Origin: Lama guanicoe
Lineage: Eukaryota
Assembly: GCA_013239625.1 (NCBI GenBank)
Contig: MU053754.1
Span: forward strand, 493,379 to 557,378
Length of the DNA stretch: 64,000 nt
Direction: 5' to 3'
Positions 38,101 to 50,599 of the stretch are shown here, piece after piece. The translations under genes were made by a program, and so were the position numbers. Within the stretch, counting starts at the first letter, position 1; each line of letters starts with the position of its first letter. The notes under the pieces were generated by a model that worked only from the letters and a program-made list of their open reading frames with translations, was not told the origin of the DNA and did no database searches.

Positions 38101-40244
38101 ACGATGGACAGGAATGCAAGGAAGCATTGCCAGGTCCAGATGGAGGCACTGGCGCTCCTCCCTAGGAAGAGGTCTGGCAGTCTAAACCAGCATATCCCCT
38201 GTGGATCTGACAAATATTTGTTGAATTAAACAAGCAAAAGTGCGGCTATAATCTCTATAGAAAACAGAGAAAGTTGGTCCTTTAGGAAAATAAAACAGCG
38301 TGATACATATTCATCTGGTGAGTATTTTCCCAAACAAATAAGAACACAACTGTGATGTTTGGTGCACTGAAAAGTTGGTTGCAGTTTTAGATGCGTTTAG
38401 ATGAACAGTACACATTATTTGGCGTAAAGGTTGTTCAGCATTGAATTAACAATAGTTTTGCTTGCCTTTTTTGAATTATATGGGCTTTTTGGGATACTAG
38501 AGATGGCAGAAGACGCTTGTTCACCAAGTCACTGTGATTTGGATGTGAGTGTTTCCCTGTGATAAATTTCCCTGCAGGAAGCTGTAGATCTCGGAGTCCT
38601 AGCAAGGATATTTTTCACGAATCGGGTCAGAGAAGTAAATGCTGAGTAAATGTTTGTTTTTGAAAGTAGTTGACAGCAGTGACAATACCCTTCTACCAAA
38701 AACATTTTGTACAGTAGAAAGCCCAAATATCTTCCCATCATCCCTTACTGCAAAGCATTTTGGAAAAGAGTATAGTCACCATTTATTGAGTTCCACTAAT
38801 GGAGTTCATATTTTATTTTAAAACCAAAATTAAATATACCACTAACACAGACTTTCAAAAACATTCTTTACAGCATCTTCACAGAATTTCTGAGACAGAA
38901 GTGAAATAATACTCCAGACTATACAGGTGCATTCCCTATTTGGAAAACTGCAAAACAAACAGGTAAAATGGGTCAGAAGTCTGAAATGGAGGTCAGAGTG
39001 AAATTTTGAAAGGACCCAGGCTGATGTGGAATTTCAAAATCTCCTGTTAGGGCTTGAGTTCTCAGAGCACTAGCAACTGAGTGGTGACTGTTAAAGTGGG
39101 ATCGTGTTAGGGAACCGTGTTTGTTGAATCGTATGGGCTGATTCAGTTTTTCCTGGGGTAAAAAATTCCCAAGCTCTGATGAACTGTCCTAGATCCCAAT
39201 AGACAGGTATATTTAAAAGAATGGAAACACAGAATTCACCCTCTGTGAGTGAAGGAGATGGCACGTTGACAGTCATTCCCACAGCACCCACTGTTTGAGG
39301 AAGCCCACATGTCCAGCCTAATGTTAGTTTTGAGTTTCTAAATTCCCGTACGGAAGCCAGAGAGCACTGTTTATGCTGTCATTTTAAGCACCAGGCTTTC
39401 TTTCCAGTACTTCCTTCTGTCTCTCCTCACCTTGAGGGAGCATGGGCCCACTCAGCATGCTTTTGAAGGGCCATGTGCAGAAAGTAAACTTCCTAACAGA
39501 GTCGTTGGAGGGGCTGCCAGTCCACATCTCAGGTAAAAAGCAACTGTAAAGGCAGAGCCGTAAGGTTAAGGGTCTCCAGAAGGTGATCGTAATTCTGAAA
39601 GTACATTTTCCTATCTCTTCACGTATGTTTATGCCAAATTTTATTTTTGTTCACTTTTTTCAGACACTCTAAATTTTAGAAAATTAACTCGTCGCCAAAG
39701 ATGGCCACGTTTTCCCAGTTGTATCATAGAAAAAATTCGGATTCTGTGGGGGTAGGAAACATTCATAAGAGAACATTTAGAATATCAGTAAACTTAATTT
39801 CACCATTCTGTGAACATAGACCAATGTAAAGGTGATTTTCCTTCTGTTAGAAAATAAACTAAAGTAACATGTTTGCTTAATGTCTGAAGAGAAAGGCCTC
39901 ATAACCAGGTAGACAACAGCTTCATGTCACTAACCCCACTTGTGCTTCTACCTAACGCCCACCCAATGTCTGTTTTCATCAGATGTTGACACATAATTTT
40001 TAAAATCATAGGTGTTCCCATTATTCATGTGTGTTTCTTGACATTTGACTCATAGCCCTTTTTTTGTTTGTTTGTTTTGTACTTTCTATGCTAGAATGGC
40101 AAATCACTTAGATACGTTCTGCAGCACAGAAACTCCACAGGTGTACTTTTTATTCGCTTTGTATTTTGGTGCTTAGAGGAAAGAAATGATGCCAAATGTG
40201 TATTCATTTTTGTTTATTTAACACACACTGCCGCGGTCCTTACT

Positions 40245-40445
40245 GTTTGCCTCTTCTGACGGCCTTGCATGTGTCAGTGCATTTGACATTCCCGTGAAGC
40301 CGGCGGGGTCGGTACCCACGGCAGCACTCACCTGGCAGGGATGGCAGAATGAGGCACAAAGAGATAACGTTGTCGAGATCACACTCCATCACTGGCAGAG
40401 CCGGGATGCGGCTCTTGACTGCTCTACCAGGCTGCCTCCCCAGTG
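40245..40445 (-). mobile_element. MIR SINE, GC-shifted
   Basis: The minus strand reads 'ggcagcctggtagagcagtcaagagccgcatcccggctctgcca...gtgtgatctcgacaacgttatctctttgtgcctcattctgccatc', matching the MIR head and core. Confidence 0.7.
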
Positions 40446-41519
40446 CCGGCTGTACAGAAGCAGATGTGCACTCAGGGGTGTTCACCACCATCATCGTCTT
40501 AAAGACGTTGATCAGGAAGCTGGTGATGATGTGGTCCACCTGCACCTTTCCATGATCTTTAGAGGCTAGTCCTACTCCAAACCGTTACACACTCAAGTTC
40601 TCAAAACTTAGACTTTCCTTCTCTCCTTGTTTGTTAAAACAAGGCAGGGCCGTTCATGCCCAAAGCTTTGGTGCAGCCTCTAGGCCTGTGGCCTCCACAT
40701 CGGGTCATGTGATGGCGCCGGCAATGCTAATTTGGTTTGGCTACCTTGGGATGGATGGAATTCAGGGTATAATTTAGGGCACGTCTCTGCCTGAGCAAAG
40801 GGGGAAGACGCATCCCACCCACTATCACAGCTGAGTGAGGAGAGGAAGCAGGGATGCGGAGATAGCGTAGTAGAGCTCTAGTCCCCGTGCTTCTCATGCT
40901 CGTGGGTCAGCAGGGGCTCGTGGACCCAGGGGGACGAGTAAAGGCCATGCCCATTTCCCCGGACGTAGCTTTGGGGGGCTTGATACTCTAGTGCAGTGGT
41001 TCCTAATTCTGCTGCTTTTGGTTACTCTGCAATGGAGCCTGGACGTCAATATCATCATCAGGGAAAACCAGGCAGCTGCCGGTGAGTCCCATGTGGCCAG
41101 TGTTGACAACCGTGATTCTTGGAGTTGTCAATGTGGCCACTGTGGCGCCAGAGCCACCGTGCAGGTTTGGGAGAGGGCGGTGCCTAGGCAAAAAGTCGGT
41201 GCTAAAGGAAGCCTCAGCCTGGTCATCAGGAGGTCTGAAACATTCTGCACAGCCTGCTGAGCAGTGGTAGAGGGCTGGGAGACTCGGACCGGCCAGAGAT
41301 TGGGGTGCAGAGCCTGCAGTCCTGGTGGAATTTGAACTGAGACAAAAAACCAGGACCATGGACTCAACTTGAGCAGGAACGAACCTGGCACTTCAGAATG
41401 CCAGCTGACCTCAGTGAATGCTGGTCCAGGAACCAGACCAGACCAGCAGAGCCCAGCACAGAGCCTGCCTGCTACCGGATCACACGCCCCATCTCCACCT
41501 GTGCCACAGAGCCCCGGGA

Positions 41520-42503
41520 ACAATGCACAGTGCGAAGTTTGCGGGCTCTGGTGCAAAAGGGAAAGGCAGGAACCTTTGTTCAAGGAGCTTGTTCAGAGGA
41601 AAAAAGTGCCATTGAAAGCTTTTTCCTCACTTCCATGGTCTGTCTGTCTCAACTTGTCATGGACTTTATTTGCTATTTCATGTTTTTCTAAGTAAATAAA
41701 AATTAAACTTTGCATTTTGTCATGAATTTTACCACTCACGTGGCCCTCGCCTGATGCCCACGTTAGAGACAAACATCAGACCATTTAGGGTGCAGAATCT
41801 GCAACATCACACAGCTCATCATTTGTAGCTCGCACATGCATGTATGTCTCCTTTTTACCAGACCAGTAAGGATGCTGTGCAAAACCAACCCAATTGTTTC
41901 GATTTAGCTTCTCAATACATAGGCACTTCACCAGCATCCTCTGCCTGACGAGTGTGCACGAACTGAAAGGAAAAGGAACTGAGTCACTCTGTCTTTTGCT
42001 TGCCCTCTGTGTCATCACCTCTAGCATAAGAGGTTGGCCGATACAGGGAAGTGACTTGAGGGAGAAGGGACGTAATAGGGTTCTATCTCAGTCATTTGTG
42101 TTTCTTACTGCATGCTTGCCTGCTTTCTGCATTTGTAGAAGGTCCCGGTGGGGACAGGATAACGTGTCCTTTGAGGCTGGCAGCACCCTAGCGGGCTCCC
42201 TCCTGGATGCAGCGTGCTTACCTTCTGCTTGCTGGGAGACTTCCTGACCTCCCACACCTTGTGGCTCTTCCTTAATTCTGCCCTCCTGGCATCGCAGACC
42301 CTGTGCATGGTGGCAAGGAAAAGCAGAAATGTGCATTTCACACATCCTCTCTACTCATTCGTGTGGATACGTTACTGTCCCATTGGACTTCACTTATCAA
42401 ACGCAAGTGCAAAGAGAAGATTATCATGAATTCCCAGATGGTGACAGCAGAGCGTTAAACCAGGTGTGGGGTCCTAAGCGTGGGGCCTATCACGCTAGCC
42501 CTG
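41520..42503 (-). mobile_element. MER45-family hAT-Tip100 element (long form)
   Basis: Left end 'aagtttgcgggctctggtgcaaaagggaaaggcagg...tttgttcaag' and right end 'atggtgacagcagagcgttaaaccagg...ggggcc...gccctg' resemble the two MER45 termini. Confidence 0.55.
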
Positions 42504-44339
42504 CTCAGAGGTATTCTCCTGTATACCCAGACATTATCTGGGAGGGAAAGGGGAGAGAAGAAATTTTCTTCTACGCCTGAAATGAGACTGTCTTGACTAT
42601 TGGGTTCTACTTAAAAAATAAGGAACTCTAAAAGAATCTGTTTCGGAGATTTTATTGCCTTGGTTCAGTCTCCTTCAGTTGCTCAGAGTAAAAGCAAAAA
42701 TCATCGTATATGGATGAAGAAAATTCTTGTTAGAATATAGAACCCAGGGAAATGTGGCAGCCCAGAAGATGGGCTCTAGGAAGGGGAAAGCCCTCAGAAG
42801 GCGTGCTTCCCCTGTGGCTGGCCAGGGCCCTGTGGACTCTCGGGCAGCTTCGCATTCCCCATCCTCTCAGGACATCTGCTCTCTGCTTCTCAGAGTGCAC
42901 GTGATCAAACATGGAGCCCCTCGTTTTGAAGTTTACAGAGCCTCAGTTCAGCCATGGGCGAAAGAGTCATGTCCCTGTCCCTCTGGGCTGTATTTCTGGC
43001 AGAGAGAATGTATGATTGGCCAGATGTGTATCAGGATCCATCCCTGGTCCAACCAGTGAGGAATGGCCAGGTGTGGGCGCCCAGGCCTGGAGGCTCATGG
43101 GCTGGACAAAAACTCCTGATGTTTTCTGCTGCATCCTTTGTTCTCGGTTAAATGTCCTGTGCATAAAGCATAATCATAATTAACAATCAGGAAACAGTTA
43201 CTGAACCCATACTGTGTACCTTTGCTAATCAAGTTACATTCCTCACCTCCATCTCCACCATAAATGCTCTGCAACAGGTAAAGAAAGTGGCTTCACACAC
43301 GCTAAAGCTCTTTTCCTGGATGACCTGGCCAACATAAGGGAGCAAAGGAATGAAAACCAGGTTCACCAGAGTAACAGTTTACTGGAAAATTATAAAGGCT
43401 GGTTTTAGTATACACTCTGTTGAGAGATTATTATCACTATCTTAACAGTTTCCCTTCCCCCCAGTTATTCATTGGCTGTTCTCAAAGACTGGAGAAGACT
43501 TCTGATCCTTGATTTTGTTCAAGGAATCAGATTAAAGCCATAGTAGCAATTAAGCATAGCGGATTCTCAGCAGTGTTTGCCCTTAGTTAATGAGTGACTT
43601 TCAGAAGAGTGGCCATGCATCCTTCAAGATGACGTATGTAACCCCACAAAATTAATGCCAGATGGATCTGACCCACCTGTGAAAATAGGTTTCTTGGCAC
43701 AGTCAAAATGTTTATTGTTCTCCATAACTGTTTCCAGGCTGCCCCCTGCCGGCTGATGAGCATGGAACACCCCAAACCCCAGAAGGATGTAAATGCCAGG
43801 GAGAAGCCAGGGTTGAGAGAGCCAAGGAGGGCTGTTTTGTTTTGTTTTTTGTTTTAATTGAAGTGCAGTTATAGTGTGTCAATTTCTGGTGTACAGCACA
43901 ATGTCCCAGGCTTGCATATACATACATATATTCGAAGGAAGTCTCAGTTTAATGTGGCCTCAGTCCAGTTACCAACCAGTGGTTTCTCCACTGTCTGTAT
44001 TTTACCATTCCCCAAATCACCTCCACATGGAAGTCAGGAAGTTTTCAGACCAAATGATTACCATCCCTTTGAGTCTATACATGCTGCATCAAAAGGGCCA
44101 CTTGGGGTGGCTTCCTTGAGTCATGACTGAAATCTCCCTATAAAATCAAATATATGAACATCGGAAGGAGGACACCTTAGATCAATATAGACGTTTTTGT
44201 CCTTCTCATCCCCTCCCCCTTTCACCTTGACTCTGTAGAGTACTTACAGATTTCATGGATAGATGAATTCAGTTCTGTCTTGAACAAAAGTCAAATGGCT
44301 GTAGAGTATAGTTTCTTGTTTAGACTGTTCTTATGTTTA

Positions 44340-44838
44340 TTTTTTATTATTTTATTATTTTATTTTAAATGGAAGTACAGTCAGTTACAATGTGTCAATT
44401 TCTGGTGTACAGCACAATGTCCCACTCACGCATATACACACATACATTCTTTTTCATTAAAGACCATTACAAGGTATTGAACATAGTTCCCTGTGCTCTA
44501 CAGAAGAAACTTGTTTTTTAATCTATTTTTATATGTAATGGCTAACATTTGCAAATCTCAAACTCCCAAATGTATCCCTTCCCACCTCATTTCCCCCGGT
44601 AACCATAAGATTGTTTACTATGTCTGTGAGTCTGTTTCTGTTTTGTAGATGAGTTCATAGGGTCCTTTTTTTCTTTGTCTTTTCTTTTCATTTCCTTTTT
44701 TAGATTCCACATATGAGCGATATCATATGATGTTTTTCTTTCTCTTTCTGGCTTACTTCACTTTAGGATGACAATTTCTAGGTCCATCCGTATTCCCGCA
44801 AATGGCATTATTTTATTCTTTTTTATGGCTGAGTAGTC
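44340..44838 (-). mobile_element. L1 3' end (artiodactyl type), antisense
   Basis: T-rich tail, then 'ttacaatgtgtcaatttctggtgtacagcac...tagattccacatatgagcgatatcatatg...caaatggcattattttattcttttttatggctgagtagt'. Confidence 0.9.
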
Positions 44839-46164
44839 TATGTTTATTTTTATCTGAAATGTTCATTGAGTTTCCAAGTAGACATTACTTTATGAGTCCA
44901 CTTTATGAACTCATATTTTTTAGTGAAGAAAGCTAAATTTAAAAAGTAAACATAAGAATTTCTGTATTAACTAGTGTAATTCTCTATTAATTAACTCTCA
45001 TAATTAGAACTATTGCTAATGTAACTGCTAGGTCATGAAAACAGGCTTTTAAATTACGTTTATGTGTGAGTGTACATATGCACTCCAGGGGGAATAATTA
45101 TTTCACAAAAGAAGTGTGAGTTATTTCTAGCCCTGTGAGAGTTTAATTTGTTGAGAAATAAAATAATTGTACTTATTTCTAAAGAAACACGTATTCCCCA
45201 TAGAAAATTTAGAGAATCCAGACAAATACAAATTAGAATAAACAAAACATTGTCTACCCATGTGAAATTAATGTGTACGATATATATCCCACACACATAG
45301 GGAAATGTAACGTATAATGTGCTTTCTAGCGATTTCTGCCTCAAACTTAGTGCAAAGCATTACGTAGAAAGCGATCAGTGTGAGAGAGGCTAACCAAATA
45401 ATTGCCGATAACTTAATTGCTTATATAGTCAATGACCTAATATTAACTGTATGTAAGGCTCCTTTTTGCGTATTGCTTTCAGGCAGCTAATCAGTAACCT
45501 AGACTTGCGAATTTCCTTTTAACACGTAAGAGTGCCCACTTGTGAGGGATGTGAAGAGAACAAAGATTATCTCAGATGCTGATGTTTAATTATTTACTAG
45601 GCTGCGTTTTCACCGCCTAAATGATGTCTCCCCACCCGCTTGAACAACCATGCTGTCTGAATTTGTGTCTTGATAAATTTATAAGTTACGGCAGGCCCTG
45701 GGTGTCAGTGCTAGAAGTATTAAACACGCCTGAAGAGCAAGGATATCTGTAAAGTGACATGATAGATTTTTTTTAACACATCTATCAGAACTCAGGAAGT
45801 GATTTATTCAACACAGTCACGGCAAGGGCTTATGAACTGTCTCCCTCGACTATGGATGTGTTTATTCAGCAGTGTCGACAGAGAGGCCTCTGTGTGTTGC
45901 CATTTTCAGAGGCCCTGTGGATGTCATAATGATGAGAGAGGTGGGCCACAGTCTTAAAGAGGGAGAAAGGTGACGCCCAGTCATTGCGAGAAAGGAGTTT
46001 AACCCTTAAACTAGGATGGCGCCGGGTGATTTTAATGTTAATCCAACCCAGCCCCTGGAGTCAGCTCACATGTGAAAACAAGACTCCTCAGCTGAATAGT
46101 GACCAGTGGATTCCAGAGTGTGGGTAAAGAGTTTAAAAGTGCATTAATCAGACCATCAATCATT

Positions 46165-46690
46165 ACGTAATGTGTTTGTGTGGGGACAGATGGTAACTCG
46201 ACTTATCTTGGTCATCATTTTGAAATGTGTAGAAATATCGAATCACTGTGTTGAGTATCAGGAACTAACATAGCGTTTTAGGTCAATTATACTTCAAATC
46301 AAACAAACTCAGAGAAGAGATTAGGTTTGTGGTTACCAGAGGTGGGAGTGGGAAGAGGAAATTAGATGGAGGCAGTCAAAAGGTACAAATATCCAGTTAC
46401 AAGATAAGATAAGTCCTAGGGATGTAATGTACCGCGTGATAAAGATGATGTACACTGCTGTATGCTACATATCAAAGTTGTTAAGAGAGTAAATCCTGAG
46501 AGTTCTCATCACAAGGAAAAATGCTTGTTTTTTTCTATGTCTTTAATGTTCTATCTGTATGAGATGATGGATGTTCCCTAATCGTGTGGCCATCATTTCA
46601 TGATGTACGTCAGTCATATCATTATGTTCTGCAGCTAAAATGTCTACAGTGGGGTGTGCCGCTGTATCTCAGTGAAACTGGGGGAGAAAA
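46165..46690 (+). mobile_element. L1MA9/10-like 3' end
   Basis: 'gttaccagaggtgggag...caaaaggtacaaa...tagggatgtaatgtac...aaagttgttaagagagtaaatcctgagagttctcatcacaag'. Confidence 0.8.
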
Positions 46691-47344
46691 CATTCATGAG
46701 GATTGTATCATAGTCACAGATAAAGCAGGGAGCCCTTTTTTTGGAACCATCTTCTGAAGTTTAAGGTATTTTTTTGAATATCCCATAGAAAGGCAAGTGA
46801 TAAATATTTGCTGTAAATTGGACTCTTCCTGTGAGCACCTGCTCGTTCAGTAGAGTGTTGGAGTCACACTTACCTTTTAAAACCTCCCGGATGTAGCAGA
46901 GGGAAGGGGACACAGTAGGTGTGGGCTGCTAACTGACTCCAAGAGCTCCGACGAGATAATTGAAGCGTAACTGGAAAATTCTAGTTCTGGATGGAAACCC
47001 AGCGGGTCTGAGCGCTGAGCTGGCTTTGCTTGCAGGCCTTGCTAACTCTTCACATCCCTTCCAGGAGCAGCTGTTCAGCAACATGAGCCTCCCTGAAGCA
47101 GGGCGGGTGGGCTGCCAAGGCACCGTGAACATGCCTCGAATACTTTGGGTGAGTACTTTGACAATGATCAGGACTATTGGAATTTTAACATTCAGTTGGA
47201 TTTGTCTAAGTCAAATAGGTTTGACTTAAAATTACTCAGTTTGCATGTGCACTGATACATTTACATCCATGTACACACTTACAGACTAGAAATTTAATTG
47301 ACGTGGCTTAAGGTAAGTCAGCGTTTGTTTTTCCTGGTTCATGC

Positions 47345-47550
47345 AGACTGGTTCAAATCCAGGGTCTGCCACTTACAGCTGTGTCACCTTGGGAAAGTTA
47401 CTTAACCTCTCTGGTTTTCAGTTCCTTAATTTATAAATTATGGATAATGATTATACCTAAATTACAGAATGTGTATGAGGCTAAATAAGTTAATACATGT
47501 AAGAAGCCTAGAATTTTATTTGTTGCATAGTAAGTACTATTTAACTATTG
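47345..47550 (+). mobile_element. MIR SINE
   Basis: 'ggttcaaatccagggtctgccacttacagctgtgtcaccttgggaaagttacttaacctctct...cagttccttaatttataaa'. Confidence 0.85.
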
Positions 47551-48359
47551 TGTTGTTATTATCTTAAACCATAACAATATTAACATTAGAAACATTTAAT
47601 TCATGAGATCAAATAATCTGTAAAATGTTTGTTAATATGTACGAAAAGATAATGATTTTGCTTCAATTTTAAAATGTTTCTAAAGCTAAATGAGTTAATA
47701 TATGCAAAGAATATAGAACAACTTGGGCACATGGCTTTTTTTTTTTTGCTGTTCTCCTTAACCACAATAATATTAAGATTAAAAACATTTAGATTACTAG
47801 ATCCAGCTATTTTCAAATTGTCTACCCTTTAGCATAAAGCATCTGATTATTAGTGTTTTCAATATGCTGAAAAACATGAATTAACATGAGAATGAAATTA
47901 AATGGTTAAAGTGGAAATCCAGTAATCTAGAATACCTTTCTTGCTAGATGAAAAAATACAGTTTCAAGAAATCCGGTTCTTTGGTACTAAATAAGTTTAA
48001 AAATTCTAGTGCATTTTTCTTGCAATTTATAGATCTGGCATTATTAAAATATTCGTATCTTTGAGTTAATGTGGCAAAGCAAATTTAATTTGCACAACAA
48101 AGATGACATGAATAGAACATGATCTATAGTCACTTTCTTTTACGCCTCCTGTTGTAGACACTCCTTTAGAAAGAGAGACAAGGCAGACATGTTTTATAAC
48201 TCCGAAGAAGTTTTCCAGTAAATAAACTCTTAGAAAATCACGAAACAATAGAATTTTGGAACAGAACAATCTTGTGTCTTTTTCATTGCATCTCAGTTGA
48301 GTAGGGTGCTGCCCTGCTGTCCCTGGTGGGGTTGTTGGACATGTTTGGGGGTATCTTGG

Positions 48360-48720
48360 CTGTTACTTTTCACCAGGAGGTCTTTGCACGCACCACAGTG
48401 TCATCTGAGACCGTGAAAGGATGGGGCATTGGGGGAGGAGTGGGTAGGAAGAGCCAGGGGTTGCACTGCTGGCCCATGGGAGCTCCAGTGCAGAGATGGC
48501 CTGGAGAGCAGTGCCACTGGGCGGAAATGGTCAGACCCCAGTACTGAGGCCAGTACTGCACCAGCAGTGGGAGCTTCCCCGAGGAGAGTGTGGCCTCCAT
48601 ACAAACACAGAGCAGATCCCAGGGGTCTGCGGTTGGAGGCTGCCCATGAAGTGCACCCCTGTCGCTGATCAGCAGGTTCTTCTGGAAGGCCGCCCAGAGC
48701 TGCTTATCTGCAAGGTGGCT
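48360..48720. mobile_element. Old ERVL-class LTR fragment (LTR33/LTR16-like)
   Basis: 'cccatgggagctccagtgcagagatggcctggagagcagtgccactgggcggaaatggtcagacc'; family assigned by eye. Confidence 0.45.
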
Positions 48721-50599
48721 TCCAATCAGGTTTCTAAATCCAGCTGATCGTCTGCTTAGAGTCTGATTGCTTGCTGGATCTGCCAGAGACTTCCGGAGTT
48801 CCACGTGGCAACACTTCCGGGCTGTCTGATTCCTTAGAGCGTCTTATTTGAAGATTATTCATGTTTCCTTTTGGTTTTGTGGGAGGCTGTGTGGGAAGAG
48901 GGCAAAGATTAGCTCAGAGGGTTTTGCTGTGATTAAGCTTGTCTGAAGGGCCATTTACTCTGCCTTTAGAGCAGGAATGATGATTATCAGTCCTGGTGAT
49001 GGTAGTTATAGCAGTAAAGGAAGGGGGAGGAGGAGGAGAAGGAGTAACAGTAGCAAAATAGTAACAATCACAACAATAATAATTGTTAGTGTTTGTTGCA
49101 CAGGGTGTTAAGTCCTGCCACGTGAAAGCTCGTGCAGTGCTTACAGCCACAGCACACTGTAAAGCACGTATCAGTTTTATTTCAGTTTTACAGATAGTGC
49201 ATGCAGAGGTCACGTAGCTTGTCCTAGTTTATCAAGCTAAGAAGTGACAGAAGTGGAGCTCAAGACTGTGCGGCAGGAATCCCAGGCACCTGCTCCTGTC
49301 TGCTCCCGTTCCCAGTCTAGGTGTGATCGTGGCTGTTCCACATGCTCGTTGTGTAATATGACTAATACCTACAGATTTCATCTGGTAAGCCTCAGTTTCC
49401 TCACCTATACATAGTCAGTAATAATAGTAACCAACCTGACTTTCTCATGAAGTTAATATGAGAAAAAAAAAAAAGATGGTGCTGAGAAAGTATGTTGTAA
49501 AGTGTAAACTCTTCATACATTAATGTTGACTGCTGTCGTGCTGGTATGAAATATTTTGTGTTCTAGAAATGTGGTTCTAGTATGCCTTTATAAAAGTTTG
49601 ACTGTAACCAGGGTGGCAAATACATTCTCAGGAATCATGATCCCGTAATTTGAGAGCTGGGAAGGCTTTGGAGATTTTCCATTTCAGTGGTCCTCAGCCC
49701 AGCTGCCTATGTGTAGCACTTAGGGGGAGCTTCTACAAATTCTTGAAGTCTGAGATTCACTCCATTTTCGGAAATCTTATTTAATTGGTCTGGAGTAGGA
49801 CTTGGACATCTCAGTATATGGATGTGTGTGTGTGTATGTGTATGCATATGTATTTGTGCACGTAGACGTGTGTACGTGTATGTAGGTGTAGATGTATGCT
49901 TGTCTGTGCGTGTGTGTGTGTGTGTTTTCTCCCAAGATGATTCAAATGCGTAGTCAGGGGCAAAAATGACTGACTGGAACCAACAAGCCTCTTTCTGATG
50001 GTTGGGGTCGCCACCTGTCTCCCCGGGACAGTTACGGCCGACATCTGTTGCCCAGTGTCCCAGCTGGTTAGCCATGCCCTTTCCCTCTCTAGTGTCAAGG
50101 TTAGGATGAGAAGTTATGCCGCCCCCTGCTGATAAGGAGCTGAGCCTTTGGGAACCTACTTCCCGTCTGAAAGGAATGGAATATAGTTTCCACCATGGGC
50201 TTTGACAGGTTGCTTTGGAGTCATGTTGAAGACCATGGGAGTAAGCAGGGTGCTTCTTGAGAGTCTCAAGCTGAGGGAATTTCTTAATTTTGCTTTGATA
50301 ATAAATAAGAACTCTTTAAAATAGAACTGCGCTGTGTTCCCATGTCACCCACCTACGTTTTGTGACACTGCGGTTCTCCTCTCAGCTGATTCATTTACGC
50401 GGAGCACATCTCATCGCTCTGTCCACTGCTGAAAGCACCTTCTTGTGAATGCTAGCAATTGTTACTTGGGAAGTTAAATTTAGAAAACGAATCAACAGCT
50501 TTATCAGCTGTCTCATCACTCGTTTTGTGAGCGCCGTCCAGGGCACTGTGGGCCATCCTGGAAGTGACATGCCTGAGGACGTTTGTGAGACCCATGTCC

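Noticed and set aside
40240..41695. Dense cluster of overlapping ORFs suggesting a hidden gene or retrocopy
   Set aside because: I recognise no protein family, poly(A) tail or TSD. Part of the region is MIR and MER45, and the higher GC content explains the scarcity of stop codons.
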